A DNA stretch of 64,000 bases. Source: Candidatus Poribacteria bacterium (lineage in GTDB: Bacteria; Poribacteria; WGA-4E; GCA-2687025). Below are positions 48,945 to 60,100 of this stretch, one piece after another. How positions within the stretch are numbered: the first letter of the stretch is position 1; every line of letters begins with the position of its first letter. Position numbers and translations under genes: made by a program. Location: NCBI GenBank assembly GCA_963665845.2, contig OY762492.1, positions 3,584,001-3,648,000 on the forward strand. Reading direction: 5' to 3'. The notes under the pieces were generated by a model. It made no database searches. It saw only the letters and a program-made list of their open reading frames with translations, and had not been told where the DNA came from.

Positions 48945-50120
48945 TTATGACGCCGTCTGGAACCGCTCCCAGTTGCCGCCGGAGTCTGCCGCTTGCCGCT
49001 CCAGCTCGGTTCGCCAACCGACGAAGGCGCCCTCTTTGATCTGCTGAATGTCGAACCCGGAGTAGCGGTCTTCGAGTGTATCGCCGAGGCGGTGACGCTC
49101 CGCCCATCGGTCCCACGCCGTTTTCATCCATTCATGCGGCAGCGCTTCGCGAACGGCGGGATCCAGCATCCATGCGAAGCGCGCGTCCGCAACAGACGGC
49201 TCGCCCTCAAAGGGTCCGCCCCATTTTGACCAGCCGATAGAAAGCGTGTTGCGTTCGCGTTCAGGGACGGTATGCCCCGTGTGGATGGCGGCGCCGTTGC
49301 GTATGAGCGCTTCGCCCGGCTTGAGGCGGATGGCGGTCTGACCGGGCAGCGGGTCTTTGCCGTTCCAGCTCGGCGTGTGGGGGACGCCCTGATCCTTCAT
49401 CGATTTCGGCAGCAGGACATCATGCTCAAACGGCGTCCGCCAGCGATGGTGGCTTCCAGGGATCATCTCGTGGCATTCGTCGTCCGTGAGCGCCAGGAAC
49501 ATGCTGACCCCGCTTCGGCTCTCAATGGAGCGTTCGTTGCGTTCCTGTATCTCTTTCCAGCGGATGCGTTCCACCTCTTCAGAGTAATCTTCGGACGTTT
49601 CGCCGCGCACTTCGCGCTGGGAGAAGTACCCCTTGCCGGTACCCCACCATGTGACGTCTCGATGCCAGCTGAGCTGGTTCTCGTTTTTTCGCGGATTGCA
49701 CCAGAGCAGCATGTTGGTCAGCGCCAGCTCCTCTTTTTGGACGCCGCACCATGCGTCCACAAACTTGAGCATTTCGTCCGACCCGTGAAATTCGGCGAAG
49801 GACGGCTCCTTGAAGGCGGGGTGAATCAGCCCGCGGATCGCCCAGGGTTCGTTTTCGCCGGCTCGGTGGACATACCCTTTTGAGCAGTCGATGATGTCGT
49901 ACACGTTTTCGGGCGCGCATGCCTGCGTCACCCGACGCCCCGCCTCGCGCAGTATCGGTATCCATGGGCTGCCGACAAAGTCGGTGATAATGACAAATCC
50001 ATGCTCGCGCAGATGTTCAAGGCGTTCGGGGGTGGCGCCTGGGGCGGAAAGCTCCGGTTTGGAATCGGCAAACGCGGGGGCGCGGTAGGTTTCTTTTTCG
50101 GGGGACGTTTCGATGGACAT
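48945..50120 (-). CDS. PhyH-like Fe(II)/2-oxoglutarate dioxygenase
   Basis: WHRD, IPGSH, LKPGE......IH.G......R. Confidence 0.8.
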   Translation of the reverse strand: MSIETSPEKETYRAPAFADSKPELSAPGATPERLEHLREHGFVIITDFVGSPWIPILREAGRRVTQACAPENVYDIIDCSKGYVHRAGENEPWAIRGLIHPAFKEPSFAEFHGSDEMLKFVDAWCGVQKEELALTNMLLWCNPRKNENQLSWHRDVTWWGTGKGYFSQREVRGETSEDYSEEVERIRWKEIQERNERSIESRSGVSMFLALTDDECHEMIPGSHHRWRTPFEHDVLLPKSMKDQGVPHTPSWNGKDPLPGQTAIRLKPGEALIRNGAAIHTGHTVPERERNTLSIGWSKWGGPFEGEPSVADARFAWMLDPAVREALPHEWMKTAWDRWAERHRLGDTLEDRYSGFDIQQIKEGAFVGWRTELERQAADSGGNWERFQTAS

Positions 50121-50192
50121 CGCCGTTCTCCATTCGCGTTGATTATGGGCGTCAACCCTCGCCGCCCAGCATGCCTTCTTTGTGAGCGCGCG

Positions 50193-50957
50193 TCAAGCGC
50201 TGACGGTCAGCTGTCTGGAGGCGGCGCGCCATTGATGAATATGCTTTGCGATCTCGATGACGGGCGCCGTCCAGATGCGCTCGCGGTGTCGGTTCAGCGC
50301 CTCGCACAGCTCTCTAAAGTCGGACGCGCCGACGGAGAGATGCCCAGAGCCGACGCCGTGAAAGGTCATGATCGCCCAGCGCCCCTGCGCGGCGGCTTGA
50401 TCGGCGAGTCCAAACATCTCCGCGCCGGACATGCGCCTGCAGTCGTACGAGGACAGGCAATGCAGGTCGCACAACAGCGGATGGTTCGCCCATTCGCCGA
50501 TTCCGCGCGACGCGATAAAATGGCGCGCCGCGACCGGCACATAGCTTTGGCGCGTCTCCCCCTCGCCGACGAAGGTTTGCGCGCATGGGTAGCAAAAGGT
50601 GCATTCGGTCTGTTCAGGTATGCCTTCGCGCAGGCGCGCCTGGGCGTCCAGGATGTCCGCCTCGATAGTCTCCAGCGTGACCGTTTCCAGTCCGCCGCCG
50701 TCCGCGCGGAAACCGAAGTTGCGCGAGCAGATATGCTGAACCGTATGGTTCCCAATCTCATGCCCTTGGCGGTACGCCTCGCGCCAAGGTTTGAGCCATT
50801 CGACATAGTCGGCGGGCGGATTCACATAGAAGGTTCCCGCCATGTCAAGCCCGTTCATCATCGGTATGGCAGTCTCCAGCTGGGAGGGGTGTCCGTCGTC
50901 AAAAGTGAGAGAGACGGCGCCCGCGCGTCCGTCCGGCCATTCAAATGCCCCGCTCAT
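50193..50957 (-). CDS. Polysaccharide deacetylase family protein
   Basis: SLTFDDG, GHEIGNHT..H, F.YP. Confidence 0.88.
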   Translation of the reverse strand: MSGAFEWPDGRAGAVSLTFDDGHPSQLETAIPMMNGLDMAGTFYVNPPADYVEWLKPWREAYRQGHEIGNHTVQHICSRNFGFRADGGGLETVTLETIEADILDAQARLREGIPEQTECTFCYPCAQTFVGEGETRQSYVPVAARHFIASRGIGEWANHPLLCDLHCLSSYDCRRMSGAEMFGLADQAAAQGRWAIMTFHGVGSGHLSVGASDFRELCEALNRHRERIWTAPVIEIAKHIHQWRAASRQLTVSA

Positions 50958-50966
50958 GATTCTCTC

Positions 50967-51218
50967 CTATTCGATATGGATCATCTCGGCGCGAATCGTT
51001 TCGGCGCCGCTTGGCAGGCTTACGTTGGATTTCGTCTTCGTATAAAAGATGAAGCCGTTGTATTTTGCCGCGTATATCGATTTCATAAGCCCCCGCGCTT
51101 CCTGCACAATCACGAACGGCTTTTCGATCTTTCGAACGATCTGCTCAAACTCGTCTTCTTTAACCCTGACAAATCCGATTCCGCCCGATCCTGAGGATGT
51201 CGGTACCACTACTACCAT
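50967..51218 (-). CDS. Small hypothetical protein, paralog of the adjacent gene
   Basis: V.V..DEFE.I..K.EKPFV...Y...GF.F.T....LP shared with 51276..51554. Confidence 0.7.
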   Translation of the reverse strand: MVVVVPTSSGSGGIGFVRVKEDEFEQIVRKIEKPFVIVQEARGLMKSIYAAKYNGFIFYTKTKSNVSLPSGAETIRAEMIHIE

Positions 51219-51275
51219 CTTACGCCTTCCTTGCCCGTTTGCCCGCTTTCACGATAACGCTGTTGGGCGGCTGCG

Positions 51276-51554
51276 TCAACGAAAAAGGGCATAAAAGCTG
51301 GTTAACTTCACCGACAACGGTATCAATACTTTTTGAGCGCGCATGACTTGAGCCTCATCAGGCAGGTTGACATGATTAGAAACAGTGAAGAAGAGAAAAC
51401 CGCTGCAGCTGATGAGATAAAGCGGTTTGACTCTCTTTTTTTGAAGAACAACGACGAACGGCTTCTCCATCTTGGCGGCAATGCGCTCAAATTCGTCGCT
51501 GTCCACCATGACCATTGCGAACGTTCCTGTCGGAAAAATGGTTGATGCGTCCAT
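51276..51554 (-). CDS. Small hypothetical protein, paralog of the adjacent gene
   Basis: Same motif; probable ATG at 51554. Confidence 0.7.
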   Translation of the reverse strand: MDASTIFPTGTFAMVMVDSDEFERIAAKMEKPFVVVLQKKRVKPLYLISCSGFLFFTVSNHVNLPDEAQVMRAQKVLIPLSVKLTSFYALFR

Positions 51555-51728
51555 GTTTATGCCGCGCCTCGTCTGTATGTTGTTATGGGCTACGATACCG
51601 CTTTTGGGCGTTTGCGTCAATAGGGGCGCAATGGGGCAGTCTCTATAGATACGAGTTGCCGCCGTCTCCGCCAAGCGTTATACTGCCTGCGTCTAATCGA
51701 TACGGCGACGCATCTGGAGAAAGAAACG

Positions 51729-52754
51729 ATGCCGCAATTTGTGCGATTTATGGGAGACAACGGCTTGCCCGCATGGGGCGAAGTCGAACGTTCCGACGCC
51801 GCCGGGCGCGCCTCCGGCGGACTGCTCGCAGAACTCCCCCCTGAACATGACCCCAGCTATTATCCGTCGCTCATGAGAGCGTTAGAAGACGGCGGAGGCG
51901 GCGACCCGTTCCAAGCGGAACCGGGCATGATACTGCCGCCCGTCAGCCGACCGCCTGTCATCCTCGCCATCGGTATGAACTACCAAGACCATCTGGACGA
52001 GGTGAACGAGAAAAACGCGGCGGACGGCAAACCGACCATGCCGCAGCCGACCGAGCCGACCGTCTTTGTGAAGTTTCCCTCCTCCGTCGTTGGACATGAG
52101 GACGCGATCGTGCTGCCGCATATGGCGCCGAGCCGCGTCGACTACGAGGCGGAGCTGGCGGTTGTCATCGGGCGGAAGGTTGTCAACGCGTCGCCCGCCA
52201 ACGCGCTCGACAGCGTCGCCTATTACACCTGCGCGCATGATGTGAGCGCGCGCGACGCGCAGCTGGAAGGTCCCAGCGGGCAATGGTCGCGCGGCAAATC
52301 GTTCGACTCCTTTTGTCCGCTCGGTCCGTATGCGGCGGTCGGCATCAACCCGAATTCGCTTGACATCTCATTCGTCTTGAACGGCGAAGCGGTTCAGTCC
52401 TCCAACACGCAGAATCTCATCTTTGACGTCCCGACGCTCATCTCGTATCTGTCGCACAGCATGACGCTGCTGCCGGGGACGGTCATTTTGACGGGGACGC
52501 CGGGCGGAGTCGGCGCCTTCAAAGATCCGCCCCGTTATCTGCGCCCCGACGACATGTGCCAGGTGACGATTGAGGGGATCGGAACGCTGCGCAACGAGGT
52601 CGCCGCGGACGATTATACGGGCTACACGCCCCCGTCCGCGTTCAAGGGCGAGCCGCCTGCGCCGATTCCGTCGGAGACTCCTCCTCCTGTTGAGGACGAT
52701 CCTGACTTTGATCTGGAGACGGACCTGGATCTTGACCCGGATGAGGATCTGTAG
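51729..52754 (+). CDS. Fumarylacetoacetate hydrolase family protein
   Basis: IGMNY..H, DYEAEL, DVSARD, GKSFD.F.PLGP, TGTPGGVG; TTGCCG-17-TATACT at 51656. Confidence 0.93.
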   Translation: MPQFVRFMGDNGLPAWGEVERSDAAGRASGGLLAELPPEHDPSYYPSLMRALEDGGGGDPFQAEPGMILPPVSRPPVILAIGMNYQDHLDEVNEKNAADGKPTMPQPTEPTVFVKFPSSVVGHEDAIVLPHMAPSRVDYEAELAVVIGRKVVNASPANALDSVAYYTCAHDVSARDAQLEGPSGQWSRGKSFDSFCPLGPYAAVGINPNSLDISFVLNGEAVQSSNTQNLIFDVPTLISYLSHSMTLLPGTVILTGTPGGVGAFKDPPRYLRPDDMCQVTIEGIGTLRNEVAADDYTGYTPPSAFKGEPPAPIPSETPPPVEDDPDFDLETDLDLDPDEDL

Positions 52755-53946
52755 CGCGGTTTTTTAAAAGGAGCGCCAGCCCAACCGCCGACGCCGCCGC
52801 GATGCAGCCCGCTGTCAAAAACACAACGGAAAGCCCCTGCCTGTCGGCGAGATAACCGCCGATGGGCGGGCCAATCGAATAGCCCAACGCCCATGAAAGC
52901 TGCAACAGCCCCAGCGCGCTTCCCCGCGCGCTGGGAGCCGCATGGTCGGCGATGAGCGCGACGCCGACCGTGAACCCAGAAAAGCTAAGACCCCATAGGG
53001 TCTGCGCGGCGACGATCCACGCGGGCGAATTTGCCCAGCCTATCAAAATCCAGCGAACGGCGCCGGCAAGGGTCGCGCCAATCAAAATCGGTTTGCGCCC
53101 CCATTTGTCAGAGAACCACCCGAGCAGGATGAGCGGCGGAATTTCAAAAGCCGCCTGCAGCGAGACGATGCGCCCGATGGACGCTTTCGTCATCCCGAAC
53201 GTCTCTTCCAGATGGTTCGTAAAAAACTCCATACCCATCGAAGAGCCGACGCTTCCAAACGCAAAGCACACATACAGCGCGACCAGGTTGCGCTGTTTCA
53301 ACACATCGCGCCATGCGCTCCATCCGCGCGTTTCGTTTTCGTTTACGGGCGGATCGCGCAGCGCGCCTCCCGCGCCGATAGCGCAGATCAGATACAGCCC
53401 CGCGATGCAGATGAACGCAACAGCGTAGCTCGGATCGCGCATGACAAGCGGGATCAGAAGCGAACTTCCGAGCGCGTATCCGACGCTCCCGCTGATGCGG
53501 TATTGCCCAAATTGGCGTCCGCGCGCCTTTTCGTCCAGCGTCATTGTAACAAGCGCATTGATGTTCAGATGATAGGCGACGAAACTGGCGGTACCCAAAA
53601 ACACGATGACCGCGAATGTCCAGAACCCGCGCGCGAGCATATACTGAAGCGCGACGGCGCAGGACATCGCAAACCCGGCGAGAACCCATGGGCGCCGCCT
53701 TCCCTGTTTATCGGTTGCCGCGCCAAAAATCGGCGGACAAACAATCATCGCGCTGGCGCGGATAAAGCCGAGCCATCCGATCTGCTCAAAACGCAGGTTG
53801 ATCCAGGACTCGCGGAAGTACAGGCTGCGCAGCGGCATGAGAACGCCCCATGCGAGGTTGTAGACGGCGGTCAAACCCCAGCACACTCGGAAAGCGGCGC
53901 GCCGCCATTCCGATTGAGGCGGGTCTGTTTCAGTCGCGCCGCGCAT
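52642..53946 (-). CDS. MFS transporter
   Basis: About 12 hydrophobic segments; G...DKQGRRR and G..SDKWGRK motifs. Confidence 0.88.
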   Translation of the reverse strand: MRGATETDPPQSEWRRAAFRVCWGLTAVYNLAWGVLMPLRSLYFRESWINLRFEQIGWLGFIRASAMIVCPPIFGAATDKQGRRRPWVLAGFAMSCAVALQYMLARGFWTFAVIVFLGTASFVAYHLNINALVTMTLDEKARGRQFGQYRISGSVGYALGSSLLIPLVMRDPSYAVAFICIAGLYLICAIGAGGALRDPPVNENETRGWSAWRDVLKQRNLVALYVCFAFGSVGSSMGMEFFTNHLEETFGMTKASIGRIVSLQAAFEIPPLILLGWFSDKWGRKPILIGATLAGAVRWILIGWANSPAWIVAAQTLWGLSFSGFTVGVALIADHAAPSARGSALGLLQLSWALGYSIGPPIGGYLADRQGLSVVFLTAGCIAAASAVGLALLLKNRATDPHPGQDPGPSPDQSQDRPQQEEESPTESAQAARP

Positions 53947-54922
53947 CAGCCGCTCCTTTTTTTAATGCGGGCGGTCTCCAACGGGAGACGCCCGTGTGAA
54001 TATACCGCGCAAAATGGGCGTTTTTGGGAACCTTGTAGACGCAAACGTCCGCAAAGCCGGCGGCGCGCATCCACGGGCGTATGTCGGCGCCGGCGGCAAT
54101 GACGGCAAACGGGGCGAGCCGCGCCGCGTTCGCCGCAATCGCTTGAAGATTCGCCGCGTCCGCCTGAAGATTCTTGCCGTACGGCAGGTCGGTTACGACA
54201 ACGTCCGCGCGTTGTTGAAGCGTTCGCGCGTCCGCCTGAAACGCCTCCATTTCATACCCGAAATGGCGCGCGTTTTCAAGCGTCATGCCGACCATCTTCG
54301 GGTTCAGGTCGCAGCCGACGGCGCGCATGCCCAGCGACGCCGCCTCCAGCAGTATGGAGCCGGAGCCGCAGCACGGGTCGATGAGCGTCCGCGCGTCCGG
54401 CGCCAGGTTCGCCATCGCCCGCGCCAATCGAGGCGGCAGCGAGCTGGACATGCTGCGCGGCTTCTGTTGATGCGTTTCATAGGATCGATTCGGCTCCGTT
54501 TCAATGCGTCCAAATAAAACCGACCCGCCCATCGCCGCAAGCAGAAACCGTTCAGACGGGTTGGAAAGATGAGGACTGCCGTCGATGGCGTTCGCGGCGG
54601 CGGAGACCGCTTCCATTGTTTTTAAAGGCGCGTCAGGATTCAGCCGTCGAAACTCGATACGGAACCTGTCCGCGCGAAAGGAGCAGGCGCGCAGATGTCG
54701 GCACAGCGCGTCCATATCGTCCGCTTCAGCGACGACGCGAACGCCGTAGCGCAAATAGGCGGCGCGCGTCAGACGGCTGATGTCCGCGTTTCGGGCGACC
54801 GCATGCGTTAAGGCGCGGTCGGGCATGGCGCCGGTCAAAGCGGCGCATTCGGCGGCGACCAGCTCATTGTCCCGCTCGCCGACGCATACGGCGGCGCATT
54901 CCGACTCAACAGACGAATTCAA
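53930..54922 (-). CDS. Trm11/THUMP-like SAM-dependent RNA methyltransferase
   Basis: LPPRLARAMAN, DPCCGSGSILLE, TDLPYG. Confidence 0.75.
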   Translation of the reverse strand: MNSSVESECAAVCVGERDNELVAAECAALTGAMPDRALTHAVARNADISRLTRAAYLRYGVRVVAEADDMDALCRHLRACSFRADRFRIEFRRLNPDAPLKTMEAVSAAANAIDGSPHLSNPSERFLLAAMGGSVLFGRIETEPNRSYETHQQKPRSMSSSLPPRLARAMANLAPDARTLIDPCCGSGSILLEAASLGMRAVGCDLNPKMVGMTLENARHFGYEMEAFQADARTLQQRADVVVTDLPYGKNLQADAANLQAIAANAARLAPFAVIAAGADIRPWMRAAGFADVCVYKVPKNAHFARYIHTGVSRWRPPALKKGAADARRD

Positions 54923-54940
54923 TCGGCTCTATCGATCTCG

Positions 54941-55873
54941 TCAAAAGCTCATCACAAGCGAGATGCGGTGCGCGTCGCCGACCCCGTCCTCCGGCACAAA
55001 GGCGTAATCGATCTGCAGCCCCGCGTTCTCCAGCGGCGCGGAGCCGACCGACTTCAGTCCGATGCCGGCGCTGAATCCTTTTGCGGGATTTTCACCCTCT
55101 ACAATGCGGTATCCGCCGCGCAGCGCGATCTGATCAAAAAACCAGTGTTCAATGCCGAGGCGCACGCTTGTATAGTCGCCGCTCGGAACGGCGATGTCCG
55201 CCGCCAATGTGGGTCCTTCCGGGGAGATCATGGCGGATATGCCCGCTCGGAATGTTGTCGGCAGGTCGGCGTCGCCGAGAGCCGGTCCGAGGCTCAACGC
55301 GCTGGCGCCGATCGAGACGCGATGGATGCGGTACACGGCGCCGAAGTCGAAGGCGGGGCCGGCATTCGTTTCAACATCGAACCGCTGCTGAATGCCTTTC
55401 GCTGTCGCCCCGACGGAGAGGTTGCCAAACGCATGCGCATAACCGACGCTGAACGCAAATTCGCCGGGCGTGAATCTGGAGTCAGGCTCAATGGTGTCGC
55501 CGGCGCGCCGTTCGATCTCTCCAAAGACGCCTTGAAAGGCGACCCCGAAAGCGCCCCCGTTCGACAACTTTTGCGCATAGGCGGCGGAGCTGTGGTTGAC
55601 GCCGCCGAACGACATATTGTAGGTGGCGGCGAGCTGCTTGTTCTCGATCATGGACAGACCGCCGGGGTTCCAGAACATGCCGTCGACATCGTCCGCGAGA
55701 CCTGTATAGGCTCCCGCGAGCGCGGCGGCGCGTCCGCCCGATTCCATATTCAAAAAGGCGGCGGCGCGCGTCCCGGCGTCGTCATGCGCCGCGGATTGAG
55801 CGCCCGCTGTCGACGCGGCGCAGAATACCGCAGCGGCGGCAAGGAGCGCCAGCGGGGCTTGGTAAAGTTTCAT
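54941..55873 (-). CDS. PorV/PorQ (UPF0164)-like outer-membrane protein
   Basis: Signal peptide, FL....GRAAALAGA, FWNPGGL, LRGGY, DYAF......HRIS. Confidence 0.8.
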   Translation of the reverse strand: MKLYQAPLALLAAAAVFCAASTAGAQSAAHDDAGTRAAAFLNMESGGRAAALAGAYTGLADDVDGMFWNPGGLSMIENKQLAATYNMSFGGVNHSSAAYAQKLSNGGAFGVAFQGVFGEIERRAGDTIEPDSRFTPGEFAFSVGYAHAFGNLSVGATAKGIQQRFDVETNAGPAFDFGAVYRIHRVSIGASALSLGPALGDADLPTTFRAGISAMISPEGPTLAADIAVPSGDYTSVRLGIEHWFFDQIALRGGYRIVEGENPAKGFSAGIGLKSVGSAPLENAGLQIDYAFVPEDGVGDAHRISLVMSF

Positions 55874-57156
55874 TTCGTGTCGTCTCCGTTGCGTTTAGAG
55901 TTTGAAGAAGATTGTTCATTGCGCCGCTGTTGATCCAGCGCGTCCTTCATCGCGCGCCATCTTTCAGGTTCACTGGGGCGGAAGACCCTGCCGGACGCTT
56001 CCCAATCAGAATGCTGATGCCGGCTGTCGGCGTCAAGGCTGCAGTATCGAAACGCTTCGCCGCAGGTTTTCCCTAGGATGCCGACGCTTTCTTGGCAGAT
56101 GCGCTCTCGATGCCATTCAATATGACGCATACCGTCCGGCCAGCAGCGGTAGATCGCCACCCCGCACCCTGGGATCGTTCCGTCGTTCGGACATACGGCG
56201 GACTGCAGGCTGCCGTCGCTAAGGCGGATGTTCACCGTGTGATCTGTGTACGCTTTCAACGTACTGTCGCAACCGGGACAGGCGACAAATGCATCGGGCT
56301 TTTTCGGCGCTAACTTGTCCGACACAACGATCGGTTCCAGCAGAGTCACTTTAAAGGAGCCGCTTAGTTTCGCCTCAACATCCTCGACGCGCTCCTCCGA
56401 CAAGTAATGCCATGCCCATTTGACGGCTTCTGTTTCGCCGTAACCTTGATGCGTCCCCCATACTCCCCACACGGTCGGCCAGCGTTTCGATTCGAATTCC
56501 TCTTCCAACTGCTTTTTGGAACCGTAGGCAAAGCGTATAGCCGCCGTACGAACAACTCCATCGCCTGCTAATTCCACAGTCCCGGAACGAATCTGCGATT
56601 CAAGCCCGCTGTTTTGAACGGGATGATAGGTTTCAAGAGAGGACGCCCGATAACCCTTCGGAAACGAATAGATCGCCGTATTCATAGTCGCTGTGGAAAC
56701 CGGAGCCTCAACCGGTTCCGTAACGGCCGTAGGCTTCTTTTTTTGATGTCGGAATTCGCCCACCTCCCATGTTTTGGTGGTCCCTCCGCTTGTTGCGGGT
56801 TGCATCTTCAGGCGGACTTTGCCCATCCCTGTTGCCAGCGCTTTCAACGTGTAGCGGGTTACTCTCGGCGGAGCGTCGCTTTCCTCCCATGGGTCTTCGG
56901 GGGTTTTTCGATACTCCCACCGCTCGGCGTGGATCGGGCGTTTTCCGACCGGCGCGCCGTTGTCGATGACGGTCAATTGCCCGCGGAATTCGCTCCCGGC
57001 GGGGGGATTCGTTTCGATCCAGAGTTTTGAGATATTCACCTTCTCGGTCTTGCGCTCTAGATCGCCGTCGTAACCCTCGCCCCCGCCGATGATCCGCCAA
57101 ACCGCCAGGCTCAATACGACCGCCGCAGCGATGCCGCCGTACATCTTTTTTCTCAT
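55870..57156 (-). CDS. Exported hypothetical protein with a Cys/His-rich C-terminus
   Basis: N-terminal hydrophobic segment; CPGC...H...C...GC....RC...H..WH...C...CG...YC...H.H; ATGA overlap with the PorV-like gene. Confidence 0.75.
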   Translation of the reverse strand: MRKKMYGGIAAAVVLSLAVWRIIGGGEGYDGDLERKTEKVNISKLWIETNPPAGSEFRGQLTVIDNGAPVGKRPIHAERWEYRKTPEDPWEESDAPPRVTRYTLKALATGMGKVRLKMQPATSGGTTKTWEVGEFRHQKKKPTAVTEPVEAPVSTATMNTAIYSFPKGYRASSLETYHPVQNSGLESQIRSGTVELAGDGVVRTAAIRFAYGSKKQLEEEFESKRWPTVWGVWGTHQGYGETEAVKWAWHYLSEERVEDVEAKLSGSFKVTLLEPIVVSDKLAPKKPDAFVACPGCDSTLKAYTDHTVNIRLSDGSLQSAVCPNDGTIPGCGVAIYRCWPDGMRHIEWHRERICQESVGILGKTCGEAFRYCSLDADSRHQHSDWEASGRVFRPSEPERWRAMKDALDQQRRNEQSSSNSKRNGDDTK

Positions 57157-57174
57157 GGCAGCTCTCTCGCCATG

Positions 57175-60100
57175 TTATTTCACCACCAGCATGCGCCCCA
57201 TCTTGCGGAAGACGCTCTGCCCGTCGTCGATTTCCAGCCTGAACACATAGAGACCGCTGGCGACCGCCTGCCCCCCGTCGTTGCGCAGATTCCATGTGGC
57301 AGACTGGCTGTTCGCCTGCCGCTCCCGCTCCGCCTGACCCGACGCGCGGTACACCAACGCCCCCGCGACGGTATAGACGCTCAACCGCCATTCCGCCTGG
57401 TCCGCTTGGTTCGTTTCAAACGAGAAATGCGCCGTGTCGCCTCGGCTTCGGCTCAACGGGTTCGGCCAAACATAGACAGGACCCTTGAACGCGAGCGCCG
57501 TTGTGAACTCATACATCCCCGCGTCCACGACGGCGGAATTCCCCGCCCTGTCGGTCACGCGCACCAGAACGCGGTAGGTTCCCGAACGGCTCGGCAGGAA
57601 GTCGGACGACCATTGCGACCACGGGTTCTGCGCGTCGGGGCTGTCATCCTCCGCCGCTTCCCATTCCAGCTCTTCGCCGTCCGGCCCGACGCCTCCAATC
57701 TCCACCAGCGCGACGCCGGACGCCGGCACAGGCGGGCTGCCTTCGCCGCCCTGCTGCGGCTCGTCCAGCGCGGTTCCGGTCAGATGCGCAGGCTCGCTTT
57801 CAAAAATAGCGTTCCCAGGCGAACTGGTCACCGCCGCCGTCGGCGCCGTCTTTTCATACAGGAACGACGCGCCCAAAACGCTCTCCGGCTGAACGCCTAG
57901 ACTGCTGAAATCGATGCCGACCGCCGTGACGGAGACGGCGTACACCCCCTCCCGCGTCAGCGGACCCGATTCAAACACCAGCCTGTCCAGATTGTTCTGT
58001 CGAAGCGTCCCGTCCACCTGCGAGCCGTCCGGCGCTGTAACAACGATGCCGGAACGCGCCAGGTCGACCCCGGCGCTCTCGTCCGTTACGGTGACCGCGA
58101 TTTCAACGCCCGTCTCTGAATTGACGCTGGTTGGATAACCCATTTCGTTCGCGTCCGTGACGATCGTCAAGCCGTTCACCGTGAGCGAACCTGCGTCGAT
58201 CGCAGGCGCCGTCAAATCCACAAGGAACTGGTACGAGACATCCGCTTCGTTCCCTGCCTTGTCAACCGCGCGGATGTTCAGCGTATAGATCCCGTCCTCC
58301 GACCCGTCGCTCGCAAGCGGCGTCAGGAAGACCAGCTGCAGAGTTTGAAGCAGGCTGCTTCCGGTCACGGTACCAGCCACCGTCTCGCCGTCTGCGTTTT
58401 CAAGCGACATCCATGTCTCGTCCACATTCTCCCAGTCGACCCCGGCGGTATCGTCCAGGACATTCACATAGAAGCCGGCGATGGCGTCGCCCGACTGCTG
58501 AAACTCGCTCTGCGGGAAGTAGGTGCCGATGGAGGAGAGTATCTCCGGCGGCTGCGAATCGTAGACAAAGGCGAAGGTCTGCGTCGTCCCTTGAATGCCC
58601 GCCGCGTTCGCCGGCGTGACCTCAATCTGATAGGTTCCGTCGTCGGAGCCGTCGTCGCGCAAAGCTCGCCCCAGCGTCAGAACCAGCGTGTTGCCGCCGC
58701 GCGAACTTTGAACCCCTGAAACGGGGTTGCCCTGCGGATCGATCAGCCGTATCGTGGAGACTCCAGGGGCGGTGGAGATGCCGCTGCCGGGCGCCTCGCG
58801 CAGAAGCGCCGACACCTCGGCCAGCCCGATCTCGGCGTACGCCGTCTCCGCAAGCCGCGTGTCTGGAACCGTCTGAATGACGGTCGGCGTGTTTGAGGCG
58901 TTGTAGAACCGCAGCTCAATGAGCCGCCGGTTGCCCGCCCTGTCAACCAGCTCCGCCGACAAGACATAGTCGCCGACCTCGGTCAAGATTTTTTCAAACG
59001 TGAATTGAACGGTCGAATTCTCGCCGTCGATGGAGACGCCTGTCGTTCCCGGTATCGACGCGCCGCTGGGCGATGTGAGCGTCATTGAGGCCGCGGCGGG
59101 ATCGATCCCGCTCACCGAATCGCGCACTTGAAGCGCGATCTGGCGCGCCGTCGGGTCGATAACGGAGCCGTCGGCGGGGGTAGAAGCGGTCAGCGCAGGC
59201 GGCTGCGTGTCATACACAACGGCGCTGCCCATGCGCAGCGCGTTCCCCGCCCGGTCCGCCGCTTCGATCTCCAGCGTATAGACGCCGTCGCCGCTTCCGT
59301 TGGTCGGCAGCGGATTGTTCAGCTGCAGGCGCATGACGCCGTTTTCGTTGTAGGAGGCTTCGCTTGGAACTTCGCCGCCGCTTGGAGCCATCAACCGAAT
59401 CGCCATCGCTCCCGCCTCCAAGCCGGCAGGTCCGACATCGACAACAGACGCTTCCAGAACGGAGAAGGATGCGCTCACATAGTTGGTCGGCAGCGCCGCA
59501 TCCACCGGGCTGGACGAGGCAACGCGCGGCGCCTGCGTGTCCAATATAAACGTATGGGTCAAGGCGGGGCTGGCGCGTCCGCCCATGTCGACCGCCGCGG
59601 CGGAGACGGTGTAGGTTCCGTCGTCGGAGCCGTCTGTTCGGAGCGGTATCGCCGGCGTCCAGATGAGCGCGTTCCCGTCCGTTGTTAAGACGCCGCTGAC
59701 GCCGCCGCGCGGTCCGGTTACCTGTAGACTGGAGCCTTCGTCGGTGAAGTCCAGTCCGACGCCGCCGCGGTCTTCAAAGTCGGCGCGCGCTTCGGTCAAC
59801 GCGCTCGCATACGGCGGAGGCGCCGCGCCGTTGACGCTCAACCCGACCACAGACGGACCGCTCAACCGGACGGTGAACGGCGTCAACGCCGCCTCCGACA
59901 TGACATTCCCCGCCTTGTCCGCCAAAACTGCGGAAAGGGTGTAGACGCCGTTCGTTTTCAGCGCGGGAAATACCAGTTCAACCGAGTTCCCGTCCTCCGT
60001 TTTTTGTAAAGGTATGGAGCCGCCCGGACCGCTCAACGCGAACGACGACGCGGACATATCCACCCCGACCCCCTCCCCGTCGGTCAAGGTCAACTGAATG

